Positions 8,837-19,591 are shown, numbered from the stretch's first letter. The stretch is DNA of 64,000 nt from Candidatus Yanofskybacteria bacterium (GCA_016181175.1 JACOZV010000003.1:39773-103772), one strand, 5' to 3'. Notes: generated by a model from the letters alone, not told the origin. Program-made: numbers and translations.

Positions 8837-9580
8837 CTATTCGCTAATTGTGCCATTTTCCTCCGGCTCTAAGTTTATAGGACTTGCAGTGTCAATATCC
8901 GTAAATGAGTCGGTATATTGAGATACGACAACTTCTTGCTGTAATTTTTCCACAATAGACAAAAGGCGGTCAACAACTTTGTCGGTTTTGAGCATCTCTT
9001 CCTTGAACTCAAGACTAAAAAAAGTAGGAAAATTAACTAGTATGTGCCAAGGCAGAGAATAAATGATTTCTTTTTCCCTTCGTTGTACGTCGATTCCTGT
9101 TAACTGCCCGGCAATTAATTTACGAAGCTCCTGCTCTTCTTTGGGAATTTTCTCTTGCCATTTTTTCAAAAACAAACGTATAGACTCAACACACCCCCAT
9201 AAAATTGGCATTTGTGCGCCAGTCAATTCACCAATGGTAGAAATATCTTCCAGCTCTTTGATGCTTGCGATCAGCACCCCTTTATCACGCCAAATTTTAA
9301 TTGCTTCGGCCCTTGATTTTCCGCTTAAAAAATAAGCGTTATCCTTTTTTTCTAGTGAGCATACGGTTCCGACGAACCACAGTTTTGAGTCTAACTTACC
9401 CTCGGTTTCATTTTTTAACACTAGAAATCTTGCCTCGTCGAGTTGTTCTGGCAATTTAAAAGTTTTGATAAATCCAGTAACTTTCAAAAGTGTTGACGGA
9501 AAAATTATTGATTTTGACACGAATACTGGTAAAACAACGTCGTCACCCGCGCTCACAATTTGACCCGCAGATTTTGACAT
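8837..9580 (-). CDS. hypothetical protein, possibly with a Lon-N-terminal/PUA-like substrate-binding fold
   Basis: 247 aa. The N-terminal DVVLPVFVSKSIIFPSTLLKV weakly resembles the Lon N-domain LPLxPxxxxVxFP pattern. Low certainty. Confidence 0.35.
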   Translation of the reverse strand: MSKSAGQIVSAGDDVVLPVFVSKSIIFPSTLLKVTGFIKTFKLPEQLDEARFLVLKNETEGKLDSKLWFVGTVCSLEKKDNAYFLSGKSRAEAIKIWRDKGVLIASIKELEDISTIGELTGAQMPILWGCVESIRLFLKKWQEKIPKEEQELRKLIAGQLTGIDVQRREKEIIYSLPWHILVNFPTFFSLEFKEEMLKTDKVVDRLLSIVEKLQQEVVVSQYTDSFTDIDTASPINLEPEENGTISE

Positions 9581-9645
9581 AGCTAACTCCGTATAAATTT
9601 AAGGTGCTCATTTAATGCTAACAGATTAAACGCTCATTTAAAACC

Positions 9646-10641
9646 CTAAACGGTTGCGGAGAATACAAACCTAAAAAGGCTGTTCTCAATGTCTGATACG
9701 CCCGATTTTACTTCAATGTCCATTTGCGCTAGTGAAGCAAATAATCGCCTAAGCTCGTCAAGGTCATAGCCGTGGCACTGTTCGTATGTTTTTTTAACAA
9801 CAAATGGATTAAGGCCTGTTTTTTTTATAATCATTGGAAAGGGCACCGCATTTTTCATTAAGCTTTTGACTCGAAGTAAATTTCTGAATTGGTAAACAAT
9901 CATGGAAAAAATGTAGTGTGGATCATCGCCATTTTCTATGTGATTGTGAAGTAACACCATGGCTTTCAGTTTATTTTTACCGGCCACAGCATCTACAATC
10001 TTAAAAATATTTAAATTTTCCTTGGAATAGACAAGCAGGTCAACGTCGGCAACGGTAATTTTTTTGTCATCAAAACCAATTCTGTAGTTGGTAAGTTTTG
10101 CAATTTCTTGGCCAAGACGCCAACAGTCGTTATCCGCATAAGAAATTAGTTTTTTAATTGCAGCGGGTTCAATCTCTATTGATGCCAATCTGAGTTCTTT
10201 TGTAATCCAGGTTTCCAGTTTTTTTCCTTCTAAAAATTCAAAAGATTTAACAACATTCGGCTCCGCCGTTAATATGGCAAAAAAACTTTTATTTTTCCTT
10301 GCCAACTCCGCTCCATCTATTTCTTCAACAAAAATAAGAATCCTCTGCTTGTCACCTATTAAACTCCAGGTTTCTATAAGTTTACCGATTGTGTCGGACT
10401 CATTAAAAGATTTCTTCAACACAATCAGCCGTTTCTCATCAAAAAAAGAAACCGTTTTTACGATATCTTCCAACAGGGCCATCTGACCCGTTTCGTCAAA
10501 GTCTAAGACCGAGTAACCCAAACCACTATATTTTTTTTTATATTCATCAATAATCTTTTCCAAATTTTGTTTAAGCCGATACCCATCCCGGCCGTATAAA
10601 AAGATAATCACGTAATTTAGTTTGTGGTTATTTCTATCCAA
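9646..10641 (-). CDS. holA: DNA polymerase III delta subunit
   Basis: 331 aa. The N-terminal clamp-loader delta fold pattern (VIIFLYGRDGYRL...IIDEY...) and the C-terminal helical domain are typical of HolA. Confidence 0.6.
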   Translation of the reverse strand: MDRNNHKLNYVIIFLYGRDGYRLKQNLEKIIDEYKKKYSGLGYSVLDFDETGQMALLEDIVKTVSFFDEKRLIVLKKSFNESDTIGKLIETWSLIGDKQRILIFVEEIDGAELARKNKSFFAILTAEPNVVKSFEFLEGKKLETWITKELRLASIEIEPAAIKKLISYADNDCWRLGQEIAKLTNYRIGFDDKKITVADVDLLVYSKENLNIFKIVDAVAGKNKLKAMVLLHNHIENGDDPHYIFSMIVYQFRNLLRVKSLMKNAVPFPMIIKKTGLNPFVVKKTYEQCHGYDLDELRRLFASLAQMDIEVKSGVSDIENSLFRFVFSATV

Positions 10642-11603
10642 ACACTTCCCGGAACAAAAGGTATCTCTTTGTGGTTTTGATCATAAAAATATAGTTTGCT
10701 TTTGTCGATTTTCTTTTCCCAGGTACCAGAAACTACTTGGCCGTTTTTATAAAGCAATAAACCACCTGAACCAATAGTTTTAACCCGAATGTAATCTTTA
10801 CTGATCGGTGACCATGAAGTTTTCATAATAACAACATTTTTAGTTTCTACTTGTTTGTTGGTATTTTTATCTACTTCCGGCTTATCAGCACGAAAACGTA
10901 AATACGAATTTGTTTCCTTATTGTAACGCCATGCGACATCAAATCCATGATTAAAAACTGGCTCTGGTTGGACTTCGGCCTTGCTTTTATCATCTTCATC
11001 GTGGGGATACTTAACTTGATCGCCATCCAATTTGTAACCCAGTTTTGAAGAAATCTCGATCAAAAGATCAAAATTGGTAAAAGCATTATGCGGCATGGGG
11101 ATAGATTTCTTACGGTAATAAATTGTACCGTCGTACTTGAGACCGTCAATGTTATCTATAATCCCACTGTTTAATTCTTCGAGTGCTTGACGCTCTCCAC
11201 CGAAATGAGCATAAATTGCATTAAGACCGAGTGCTAGTGGCACAAAATCAAGCCGAGATGAACGAACAGAACCAAGTTCCTTGGGACGATTACACTGGTA
11301 AATTGCCATCATGCGCGTAAAACCATTCTCAACTACCGGCATCTCAAATACCATATCCGCCTCCCCCACCCCGGACAACGACCTCGCTTCTTTGTCTGAT
11401 GACAACATCACCGCATATGGCCGCGCATCATAATTAATGCATTGAATGCCGGCAATAAAGCTCGTGCCAAGTTTTTGACTTTTTACACTGCCACTATTGA
11501 AAATCTCAATATTTTTGTGGCCAAGTCTTACGAACCACAAAACCAGCAATAACGTTATTACCAAAATGGATATGATTATTTTTTTGTTTTTGTGCAATTT
11601 CAT
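10617..11603 (-). CDS. DUF3048 family secreted/lipoprotein (YerB-like)
   Basis: N-terminal TM/signal, then GVGEADMVFEMPVVENGFTRMMAIY and a C-terminal GTWEKK block typical of DUF3048 proteins. Confidence 0.55.
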   Translation of the reverse strand: MKLHKNKKIIISILVITLLLVLWFVRLGHKNIEIFNSGSVKSQKLGTSFIAGIQCINYDARPYAVMLSSDKEARSLSGVGEADMVFEMPVVENGFTRMMAIYQCNRPKELGSVRSSRLDFVPLALGLNAIYAHFGGERQALEELNSGIIDNIDGLKYDGTIYYRKKSIPMPHNAFTNFDLLIEISSKLGYKLDGDQVKYPHDEDDKSKAEVQPEPVFNHGFDVAWRYNKETNSYLRFRADKPEVDKNTNKQVETKNVVIMKTSWSPISKDYIRVKTIGSGGLLLYKNGQVVSGTWEKKIDKSKLYFYDQNHKEIPFVPGSVWIEITTN

Positions 11604-12475
11604 TTTTGATGCACCGAACAGAAATGAGCGGAGCGGCCACCCACAACAAGACGTTTGATGGTGCCGCCATCATGCTTCTGGCATTTTTCACCGGTCAACT
11701 GATAGGCTTTCTGCATATTTTGGTAATTGCCGAATTTTCCTTCAAGCGTGCGATAATCTTGCTGGCTATTACCCTTGGCGCCTATGGCTTTTTTCAAAAT
11801 AAATTTAATATATTTGTAAATCTCGGCAAGTTCTTTATCGGTTAATTTTTCTACCCGGCGCAGTGGCATAACGCCAGCGTACCAAAGTATTTCGTCAGAA
11901 TAAATATTGCCGATACCAGCAATCACAAACGGGTCCATCAGAACTTTTTTGACCACTCCCCTCTTGCGGCGCATGAGCTCTTTGAATTTTGCCAACGTAA
12001 ATTTCAAGTCCAGGGGTTCCGGTCCAAGACGGCCAATCTCGTTTATGTTTTCAACCTTGTCGGTATCACCTAAAAAAACCTTACCAAAACGCCGGACATC
12101 AGAAAGCCCCAGCATGTAACCGTTGCTTAAATATAAAATAAATCTGATAAAACGGTTAAAAGGATCAGACTTAATCGGCCCCGCCATTGCCGGCTTAACT
12201 TTCTTGCCGTCAACTTCCCACTTTCCATACAAGAGGTGACCGGAAATTTTTTGATGAATTATAAGCGTTTTACCACCAGACAGATCCAACATTATATATT
12301 TTGCCCGCCGATGAGCACGTAAAATTTTACGGCCATTTATTTCGCGTTTAAATTTATCAAGCGAGTGCGTCTTAATAGTTTTCGCCCAGTCGGTCCAGGC
12401 ACCCTTAATTTTAAGTCCAACCACTTTGTGATTAAGCCCGCGAACAATAGTTTCTACCTCCGGTAGCTCTGGCAT
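11600..12475 (-). CDS. mutM: formamidopyrimidine-DNA glycosylase (Fpg/MutM)
   Basis: Begins MPELPEVETIVRGL (catalytic Pro2/Glu3), with an H2TH domain and a C-terminal zinc finger. Confidence 0.9.
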   Translation of the reverse strand: MPELPEVETIVRGLNHKVVGLKIKGAWTDWAKTIKTHSLDKFKREINGRKILRAHRRAKYIMLDLSGGKTLIIHQKISGHLLYGKWEVDGKKVKPAMAGPIKSDPFNRFIRFILYLSNGYMLGLSDVRRFGKVFLGDTDKVENINEIGRLGPEPLDLKFTLAKFKELMRRKRGVVKKVLMDPFVIAGIGNIYSDEILWYAGVMPLRRVEKLTDKELAEIYKYIKFILKKAIGAKGNSQQDYRTLEGKFGNYQNMQKAYQLTGEKCQKHDGGTIKRLVVGGRSAHFCSVHQK

Positions 12476-12523
12476 AGGAGTATTTTAAATAAAAATGTGC
12501 GATTTGTCCATTTAAAAACCGGC

Positions 12524-13030
12524 TTATTGGGCCGGCAACGTTTTTTCAGATAGGGCAACAATTCTTTCGGAACTTTCGGTTAAGCCAAAATGAAGCAAAC
12601 CGTCTCTGACAACATTTTTATCTTTTAAAAGTTCCACCGCGAATCTATCCGCAACAAGCTCATCACTTGTTGCTTTTATTATATGACCCAGCTCGTGAGC
12701 TACGGCCACTTTTAAATACCTTGATTTCACTGCTTTGGGCGTTAGAAAAACTCTATTTCTTCTCACGCCATGAAAATCCGACATAGTAAAAGCATTACCA
12801 TTGGGGGTCCTTGGTAAATCATAAAAACCATAATAAACTGCGAACGATGTATCCTTGCGTTTTACAATCGGACTGGCCATTACTTCCTGGCAAACTACAA
12901 AAGCATGTCGGTCTATAATCGCTAAAGGCAAAGAGGAAATTTCCGGGTAAATAAATGAGACAAATATGTAAAAATTTATAAAAATAAATAAAAAAACAAC
13001 AGCGAAAAGAATCCAGAATAATTTGCGCAT
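12524..13030 (-). CDS. membrane-anchored putative zinc metallopeptidase (HExxH)
   Basis: N-terminal TM helix and AVAHELGHII (HExxH). Otherwise uncharacterised. Confidence 0.4.
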   Translation of the reverse strand: MRKLFWILFAVVFLFIFINFYIFVSFIYPEISSLPLAIIDRHAFVVCQEVMASPIVKRKDTSFAVYYGFYDLPRTPNGNAFTMSDFHGVRRNRVFLTPKAVKSRYLKVAVAHELGHIIKATSDELVADRFAVELLKDKNVVRDGLLHFGLTESSERIVALSEKTLPAQ

Positions 13031-13059
13031 TTGACTCCAATTCTCCTATTTTAAAATAA

Positions 13060-15606
13060 CTACGGTTTATTCATTTCCTGCCAATTCTGGCCACACTTTA
13101 CATCTACTATTAACGGTACGTCAAGGTGGTGGACCGATTCCATAATATGTTTAAATTCGGGAAAAAGTTTTTTAGTTAAGTCGGACTTGACCTCAAACAC
13201 AAGTTCATCGTGAACCTGAAGCAACAGCCTTGCCTGACTGTCATCCAAATTTTTATGTATAAAGTTAGAAATATTTATCATGGCCATTTTCATCAAGTCA
13301 GCCGCGGTTCCTTGCACCGGATGATTTATTGCCGCACGTTCTGCCTGGGACTGCATCTGGGGCATGGTTGAGTGAATGTCAGGAAGCTGACGACGACGGC
13401 CGAATATAGTCTCGACATAACCATCGCGGTGAGCCTTGGCTTTCATTTCTTCCATATATCTAGCAACACCGGAAAAATCGGCAAAATATTTGGTTATAAA
13501 CTCGCGGGCGCGCAAAGTACTGACTCCCGCAGCACGCGCGAAACCAAGCGGCCCCATGCCGTAAATTATTCCAAAATTTAATGTTTTTGCCTGTCGGCGC
13601 ATTTCTTTAGTTACCTGATCTGGTTTTACTTCAAAGATTTCCGCGGCCGTCGCGACGTGAATATCCTCACCACGACGAAAAACATCTATCATTTTTTGGT
13701 CTTTAGCAATATGGGCGACGATACGAAGTTCGAGCTGTGAATAGTCAAGCGAAATCAACTGATAACCATCTTGTGCAATAAATGCCTTGCGGAACTCCCG
13801 CCCCAGCTCGGTTTTAACGGGAATATTTTGAAGATTTGGGTTTTCAGAAGATAAGCGGCCGGTACCGGTACCGGTTTGATTATAAGTTGTGTGCAGTCGG
13901 CCATCTTTCGAATCAATTAGTTGCGGGAAAGGCTCGATATATGTTGTCTTTAATTTTTGGAGTTCTCTATATTGTAAAATCAAATCAATAATCTGGTGTT
14001 CACCGCGAATTTTCTCAAGCTCCGGAGCGGCTGTAGAAAGCGCCCCCTTACCGGTCTTACGCACCCTACCCTTTATGCCAAGCTTGGAAAATAAAATTTC
14101 GCCAAGCTGTTGCGGCGAGTTAATATTGAATTCTCCACCGGCCAATTTATATATTTTTTTCTCCAGTTGTGCCTGCACACCGGTTGCCGACTTGAGCAGT
14201 CTTGCGATGTTTTTTACATCTATCTTAATGCCCCACAATTCCATTTCAGCTAAAACAGGAATCAAGGGCATCTCAATGTCTTCAAAAACTTTAACCAAAT
14301 TAGCCGATTTTAATTTTTCCCAAAGCTGTTTTTTAAGTTTCCAAATAAGAGCCGGCTTTTGTGACACACTTTCACCTGGCATTTCATTAAATTCAGCGTA
14401 GTAAATCTTAGTAAAATCATAGTCTTTGGTATCGGGATTTAACAAATAGGCGGCGATCTCCGTATCAAAAACTCGATTTTTAATATGTTTGCCCTGCCCA
14501 ATGGCAAACTTAAAAAATCCCTTAAGATCGTGGCCAGTAAGAGTTGCTTCATTACTGGCAAATACTTTTTTAATTGTATTTCCGTCGTTAGAGTCAATGA
14601 CATATATATTGTTTTTGTCTGGGTCAAATTCTAATTTTGCGACATCTGATGCTCGCAAGACATCCAATGCTGTAATATTTTGTTCGGGCTCAAGATTAAC
14701 CTCCGGCAATCTTTTCAATAAACTTGAGAAACCCAAATCCCTGAAAGTTTTTTCAATTTTTTGCAAATCTAAATTCTTTCGCCAATCAGCTTTTTCAAAT
14801 GAAAAATCAACATCTAGGTCTGTTACCATTGTTGCAAGTTGTTTGGAAAAAAATGCCTGATCTTTATTGCTAAGCAATTTTTCTGTGAGTTTTTCGCTAA
14901 TTTCTGATTTTTCGGTTTCTGCTTTTTGGACTTTAGATTTTGGACTTTCAAGAAACTGATAAAGAGACCCCAAGTTGCCAAATCTTTTTGTCAGTTCCGA
15001 AGCAGTCTTCTCCCCCACTCCGGGTACCCCCGGTATATTGTCCGACGGATCACCCTTCAGGCCTTTGTAATCGTTAAGCTGATCCGGACGCAAACCGTAA
15101 CGCGCCGCGACTGCTTCTTCATCATAAACCACCGTGTCACTCACGCCCTTGCGCAAAGTAAAAACAACTACCTTTTTGTTATCCACCAGCTGAAGGGCGT
15201 CCAAATCACCGGTAGCTATAATGACTTGTAGGTCTTTTTCCACTTTTGCTTTAAAAACAAGCGAACCTATAAGATCATCGGCCTCATAACCCTCTTTTTC
15301 ATAAATCGGTATGCCAAAAGCTGATACCACTTCTTTAACCAAAGGAATCTGATTGTATAATTCCTGCGGAGCTTTTTCACGGTGTATTTTGTATTCTGCG
15401 AATTTTTCATGGCGAAAAGTCGGTCCTTTTAAGTCAAAAGTTGCCGCTATATAATCCGGCTTGATATCTTTAATTGTTTTTAAAAGTATGGAAGTAAAAC
15501 CAAAAACAGCATTGGTTACAATGCCCGTTGGCGAAGTCAGGGGCGGCAAAGCGTGGAAGGCGCGATGTACCAGCGCATTACCGTCAATTAGAATCAATTT
15601 TTTCAT
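13060..15606 (-). CDS. polA: DNA polymerase I
   Basis: 5'-3' exonuclease N-terminus (LILIDGNALVHRAFHALP), polymerase motifs DYSQLELRIVAHI and QVHDELVFEV. Confidence 0.95.
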   Translation of the reverse strand: MKKLILIDGNALVHRAFHALPPLTSPTGIVTNAVFGFTSILLKTIKDIKPDYIAATFDLKGPTFRHEKFAEYKIHREKAPQELYNQIPLVKEVVSAFGIPIYEKEGYEADDLIGSLVFKAKVEKDLQVIIATGDLDALQLVDNKKVVVFTLRKGVSDTVVYDEEAVAARYGLRPDQLNDYKGLKGDPSDNIPGVPGVGEKTASELTKRFGNLGSLYQFLESPKSKVQKAETEKSEISEKLTEKLLSNKDQAFFSKQLATMVTDLDVDFSFEKADWRKNLDLQKIEKTFRDLGFSSLLKRLPEVNLEPEQNITALDVLRASDVAKLEFDPDKNNIYVIDSNDGNTIKKVFASNEATLTGHDLKGFFKFAIGQGKHIKNRVFDTEIAAYLLNPDTKDYDFTKIYYAEFNEMPGESVSQKPALIWKLKKQLWEKLKSANLVKVFEDIEMPLIPVLAEMELWGIKIDVKNIARLLKSATGVQAQLEKKIYKLAGGEFNINSPQQLGEILFSKLGIKGRVRKTGKGALSTAAPELEKIRGEHQIIDLILQYRELQKLKTTYIEPFPQLIDSKDGRLHTTYNQTGTGTGRLSSENPNLQNIPVKTELGREFRKAFIAQDGYQLISLDYSQLELRIVAHIAKDQKMIDVFRRGEDIHVATAAEIFEVKPDQVTKEMRRQAKTLNFGIIYGMGPLGFARAAGVSTLRAREFITKYFADFSGVARYMEEMKAKAHRDGYVETIFGRRRQLPDIHSTMPQMQSQAERAAINHPVQGTAADLMKMAMINISNFIHKNLDDSQARLLLQVHDELVFEVKSDLTKKLFPEFKHIMESVHHLDVPLIVDVKCGQNWQEMNKP

Positions 15607-16052
15607 TGGAAATTTGAAATAGTAATTTTTCTTACGGTTTGGTTGATATGATCAATGTGAATTTTGATATATTTCTTGGGCAGTATCTTTTTAACCCGGT
15701 CAGACCATTCAATTAAAACGATATTTTTTGAATCGGATATAATTTCTTTTATACCAAGCGTTATAAAATCTTGATAATTTTTTAGTCTATATGCGTCTAT
15801 GTGAACCAACAATCTGTAACCTGCGACCGATAATCTATAATTACGAAGTATTACAAATGTCGGACTGGTTACTTGGGATTTAATGCCAAATGCCCCGACA
15901 AAACCTTTTACAAAAGTGGTTTTCCCAGCGCCAAGCTCACCCTCTAAAGCAACAACTTGCGCATGTTTTGACTGGCCGTTTTTTTTTATTTTTTTACCCA
16001 GTTCAAAAGCAATTTTTTGTGTCTGCCGCGGACTTTTGGATTTTAATACCAT
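15603..16052 (-). CDS. tsaE: tRNA threonylcarbamoyladenosine biosynthesis ATPase TsaE
   Basis: GELGAGKTTFVKG P-loop and YjeE-family length. The track ORF is extended N-terminally; the likely start is MVLKSKSPRQ at 16052, overlapping the polA start by 4 nt. Confidence 0.8.
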   Translation of the reverse strand: MVLKSKSPRQTQKIAFELGKKIKKNGQSKHAQVVALEGELGAGKTTFVKGFVGAFGIKSQVTSPTFVILRNYRLSVAGYRLLVHIDAYRLKNYQDFITLGIKEIISDSKNIVLIEWSDRVKKILPKKYIKIHIDHINQTVRKITISNFQ

Positions 16053-16144
16053 TATGTAAAGAATAGCTTTTTTAGTGCTTTTTTTCAATAAAAAATGCCC
16101 CACGCGATGCAGGGCATGACATGGGCCATTGCGGCCCAAACAAG

Positions 16145-16765
16145 TTACGGGAGTTGATTCCAGACTCGGCATCGCCGATATCTGGTAGGTTCCCGCGCCC
16201 AGTTGGCACAGGGATCGATTGAACGTTGCTCCCCAGACTCAGCTGCCGGCGTTAAAACCTTATCCGACTGTTTTAGATTCTCGGCAATTTTGCCAAGGCC
16301 CCTTTCAATCGGAGTCAGATCCACTGCTGCGGTAGTTGCCGACATAGCGGCAGATGCAGATGTAGTAGAAGCAGCATTTGTTTTAACTGCTCCAAGTCTA
16401 TCCGCCGCTGACTTGAGGTTTGCAGTAGCTTCTTTAAGTCCCGGTATTTCCACCGTAACTTTGGAGGCTACCGGCTGGGTTACTGCCGGTTGCGACGGAG
16501 TGGCGTTGTTTGTGGCCGCCGGTGCGATTGATTGCGACGGAACAGCAACGGCTACTGCTGGAATTGCTGACATGGGTGCCATCTCGGCCTCTGGTGTCGT
16601 CCAGCGACCAACCATGAACCCCATATATAGCAACCAGAACAAGAAAGCCACTCCACCGATTCTCAACGCCCACAAAAGAAAACGATTCCAATTGTGATCG
16701 ATGAGATCTTCATCTCGATTCACTGTAGTATTCAATCTTTGAGTTGTTGTTAGGCGGGCCATCAC
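16145..16765 (-). CDS. hypothetical single-pass membrane protein with Ala/Thr/Ser-rich low-complexity tail
   Basis: One TM helix (LLWALRIGGVAFLFWLLYMGFMV) and then an A/T/S/P-rich region. Its start overlaps the stop of the upstream Gly-rich gene (ATGA). Confidence 0.45.
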   Translation of the reverse strand: MMARLTTTQRLNTTVNRDEDLIDHNWNRFLLWALRIGGVAFLFWLLYMGFMVGRWTTPEAEMAPMSAIPAVAVAVPSQSIAPAATNNATPSQPAVTQPVASKVTVEIPGLKEATANLKSAADRLGAVKTNAASTTSASAAMSATTAAVDLTPIERGLGKIAENLKQSDKVLTPAAESGEQRSIDPCANWAREPTRYRRCRVWNQLP

Positions 16766-17397
16766 CTTCCTCCTTGAGCCGCTTCGGCCGGCTCTTCAAA
16801 CGCCCAACCATTCGTGGTCGGGATTGGATACAAACGGTCGGATGAAAGCCCGCCGTTGTAATTGGGAATCAGGGTATAGCCATAATAAGACTCGCCCGGT
16901 TTCGGCGCTTGGACTGCCCAAGTGTCGCCGGAACCCAACCGACCGAGAAACTTGTCCTTACCCTTTTGATTCCGGAAGTAAATATCCGCCGGATATCTCA
17001 TAAGGTTGGAAAGTTCAAAGTCTCCTCGGCCGCCACCAGCTGATGGGCCGGCAGCTGCTGAACCGCCTCGAGTCACAAGCATAGACGCTCCGAATCCAGC
17101 GCCGCCACCAATGATAGCGCCCCGACGGCCGCCCAAGGTACCACCCATGACAGCGCCAGCGATGATGCTACCGATAACAGTAGTTCGACGACTAACGCCG
17201 CCGATACCTACGCCGCCTCCATAGTAACCACCAGAGCCAGCTGCCCCAAGAATGCGGTCAATGGGCGCATAGGCTTGTCGAGCGATACGCTCAGCGCAAG
17301 GCCCGGGAATCAGTTCACAGGTCGTACCCTGGAACTGGGCATTTGCCAGCGACACAAGCGCCACCAGCATGAACAGAGCAAACATTATTCGCTTCAT
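16762..17397 (-). CDS. secreted glycine-rich (glycine-zipper) protein
   Basis: Signal peptide MKRIMFALFMLVALVSLANA followed by long GxxxG-rich tracts. The track ORF is extended upstream, and the likely start is at 17397. Confidence 0.5.
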   Translation of the reverse strand: MKRIMFALFMLVALVSLANAQFQGTTCELIPGPCAERIARQAYAPIDRILGAAGSGGYYGGGVGIGGVSRRTTVIGSIIAGAVMGGTLGGRRGAIIGGGAGFGASMLVTRGGSAAAGPSAGGGRGDFELSNLMRYPADIYFRNQKGKDKFLGRLGSGDTWAVQAPKPGESYYGYTLIPNYNGGLSSDRLYPIPTTNGWAFEEPAEAAQGGR

Positions 17398-17602
17398 TTC
17401 AATCTCCTTTTCTGGCCTGTTTCCAGGCCTTTCATTTTGCAAAATGGATGAGAATGTCCCATGCCACCTCAAATAACTTGCTCGCACTGAGCGAGCAAAA
17501 CGAATCGAAGTGTTAAAGAACAAACCTCATCTTGACTGACTTAATTATATCAAAAATAGACAATAAAGTCAACACAATAAAAAGCTAATAAAATAAGGGG
17601 TT

Positions 17603-18439
17603 TTAGCCCCTAATTTCTTTAAGTACCTCTAGGTCAAGCATTCTTTTTGAATCCTCGGTTTCCAATAGCCAGTCAATTTTCATAAACTCCGGCGTTTTCA
17701 AAATATTTGCTATTCCGATTTTGCCCACAAACCCGTCTCCGATATGCTCGTGCCGATCTCGCTTTCCGCCCAGATCTACTTTTGAGTCGTTCACGTGCGC
17801 CAGTTTCAGGTATTCAAGTCCAATTTTTTTATCAAATTCCTTAAGCATTTGCTGGACGGTTTCGGGAGTACGAAAATCATAACCCGAAGCAAAAGCATGA
17901 CAGGTGTCAAAACACACTCCACTTAAACCATTTATATTCTTTACGCTGTTTAAAATATTTCCGATTTCTTCAAATTTATCTCCGATTATATTGCCGGTCC
18001 CAGCGGCAATTTCAAGCAGTAATTGCGTAGAACCGAGATAACCATCCAAAATCTGGCCAACCGAGTCTGTCACTTTCTCTAACCCTTCTTCAACGCTCTG
18101 ACCCGTATGCGAACCGAGGTGTGTCATGACATAACGCGCGCCAAGCGCACTCCCCCGTTCCAACTCTTCCCTCACAACCCTGATTGATCCATGCCTAATG
18201 CGCAGATCAAGAGAGGCAAAGTTGATATAGTAAGGCGTGTGTATGTAAAATGTCTCAAACCCAAAGTTTGTCATTTGCGATTGGAAACTGGCAACTAGTG
18301 ATGGTGTAAGTTCCGGTGCCGGTCCGCCCTGCGGCGACCTGGTAAAACACTGGAATGTTTCACAACCCAAGTCCTTAGCACGATTAGGCGCCAAATGTAT
18401 TCCGCCAGATATTGAAATGTGTACTCCAATTTTTGCCAT
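17603..18439 (-). CDS. nfo: endonuclease IV (AP endonuclease family 2)
   Basis: MAKIGVHISISGG...ETFQCFT...HxxYxxNxA layout and the conserved metal-binding His/Glu pattern of Nfo. Confidence 0.85.
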   Translation of the reverse strand: MAKIGVHISISGGIHLAPNRAKDLGCETFQCFTRSPQGGPAPELTPSLVASFQSQMTNFGFETFYIHTPYYINFASLDLRIRHGSIRVVREELERGSALGARYVMTHLGSHTGQSVEEGLEKVTDSVGQILDGYLGSTQLLLEIAAGTGNIIGDKFEEIGNILNSVKNINGLSGVCFDTCHAFASGYDFRTPETVQQMLKEFDKKIGLEYLKLAHVNDSKVDLGGKRDRHEHIGDGFVGKIGIANILKTPEFMKIDWLLETEDSKRMLDLEVLKEIRG

Positions 18440-18488
18440 TATCTAATAATAGTAATTTCTAGAGCAAAATAAAACCCCGAAATGGGGT

Positions 18489-19511
18489 TTAATGGCTCTT
18501 TGTTACCAGATATCCTTCTCTGTGTAAAAGTTTGGCGGGTAACGGCTGCCACTTGCCATCTGAACTGACATTGCCTACGCGTACCCTGATTTTAACCTCA
18601 TCGCCGTCTTTATAATCTGGGCTTAATTCATAACTAAGATGGTATTGATTGCGAAGATCCTGCAACACTTGCCTGGCAATTTCCGGCAATTTGTTCTGCT
18701 CGGGCAGATCAAAAAACCTTCCACCAGTTAGTTGAGAAATCTGTTTAAGGTTGTTTTCATAACTATCAAGGAGAAAAGAATCAATATCGTGCTTGGCCGT
18801 ACCAATCGTGTAAATAGGCAGGTCAACTGCTTGAGCACGATAAGTAGATTCTTTCAAATCAGCAAGCGCCACGTTGTCCTGGCCATCTGCCACGATAATC
18901 AGAAAATTGGCAAAATTACCGCGGGCTTCTTTTTTGAATTTTTCTGCAGCGAATCTTACACTGCCGAAAAGTGGACTGGTACCAGCGGCTTTTTTTGTCT
19001 TTCTGACTATGGCTCTTACCAGAGCGCTGCTATCGTCAGACCAATCCTGTTTTAATGTAAATGCTCCTTGGCTCGGATTTAAGTCAAGCGATTCATAGTA
19101 AAATTCGGCAACAAAAAATTTGTCGCCGCGTTTTTTGTCGCCTACCGCTTTTATAATCCACTTTACCAGTTCTGAAGCCACATCCAGCTGATAACGGAAT
19201 TGCCTGGCTGTTGAACCGCTGGTATCTATGATTATGCCACCACGAAGCGGCAATTGTTCTGGCTGATCAAGCTTTATATTTCTTTCACGAAAGTTCTGCC
19301 CGCCAGCCAAACTCTCTTCTAACTTGAAATTCTGTTTCTCAAGCTGGGGTAATGGTTTACCGCCAGCGCTTAAGGCCACAACGGTTACATTAACCATATC
19401 TACTTCGGCGCTAAAAATCGGTTTATCGTAAGCCGGTTCGGCCGTTACTTGTGCCTTTGCCAACCAGGGCAAAATTGACACAAAAGTCAGAATAAAAATA
19501 AACACTTTCAT
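18489..19511 (-). CDS. secreted von Willebrand factor A (VWA) domain protein
   Basis: Signal peptide and MIDAS motif GGIIIDTSGST (DxSxS) with downstream T and D residues. Confidence 0.65.
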   Translation of the reverse strand: MKVFIFILTFVSILPWLAKAQVTAEPAYDKPIFSAEVDMVNVTVVALSAGGKPLPQLEKQNFKLEESLAGGQNFRERNIKLDQPEQLPLRGGIIIDTSGSTARQFRYQLDVASELVKWIIKAVGDKKRGDKFFVAEFYYESLDLNPSQGAFTLKQDWSDDSSALVRAIVRKTKKAAGTSPLFGSVRFAAEKFKKEARGNFANFLIIVADGQDNVALADLKESTYRAQAVDLPIYTIGTAKHDIDSFLLDSYENNLKQISQLTGGRFFDLPEQNKLPEIARQVLQDLRNQYHLSYELSPDYKDGDEVKIRVRVGNVSSDGKWQPLPAKLLHREGYLVTKSH

Positions 19512-19591
19512 TCTTTGCCTCTAATCTTTTTAACGAACATATGGCTTTTGTTCTATCACATTTTATAAAAAAAATAAACCCCCGAGGGGGT

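Noticed and set aside
15603-16172. Long form (189 aa) of the tsaE ORF
   Set aside because: The N-terminal 40 aa are not TsaE-like and would overlap the upstream gene's 3' end. The start at 16052 gives canonical length and a 4-nt overlap with polA.
16203-17224. Several plus-strand ORFs (164 aa, 85 aa, 72 aa) and an impression of a GC-rich foreign island
   Set aside because: They are antisense to the Gly/Ala-rich exported protein genes. The elevated GC is a by-product of GGN/GCN codons in those genes, so I do not treat it as evidence of horizontal transfer.
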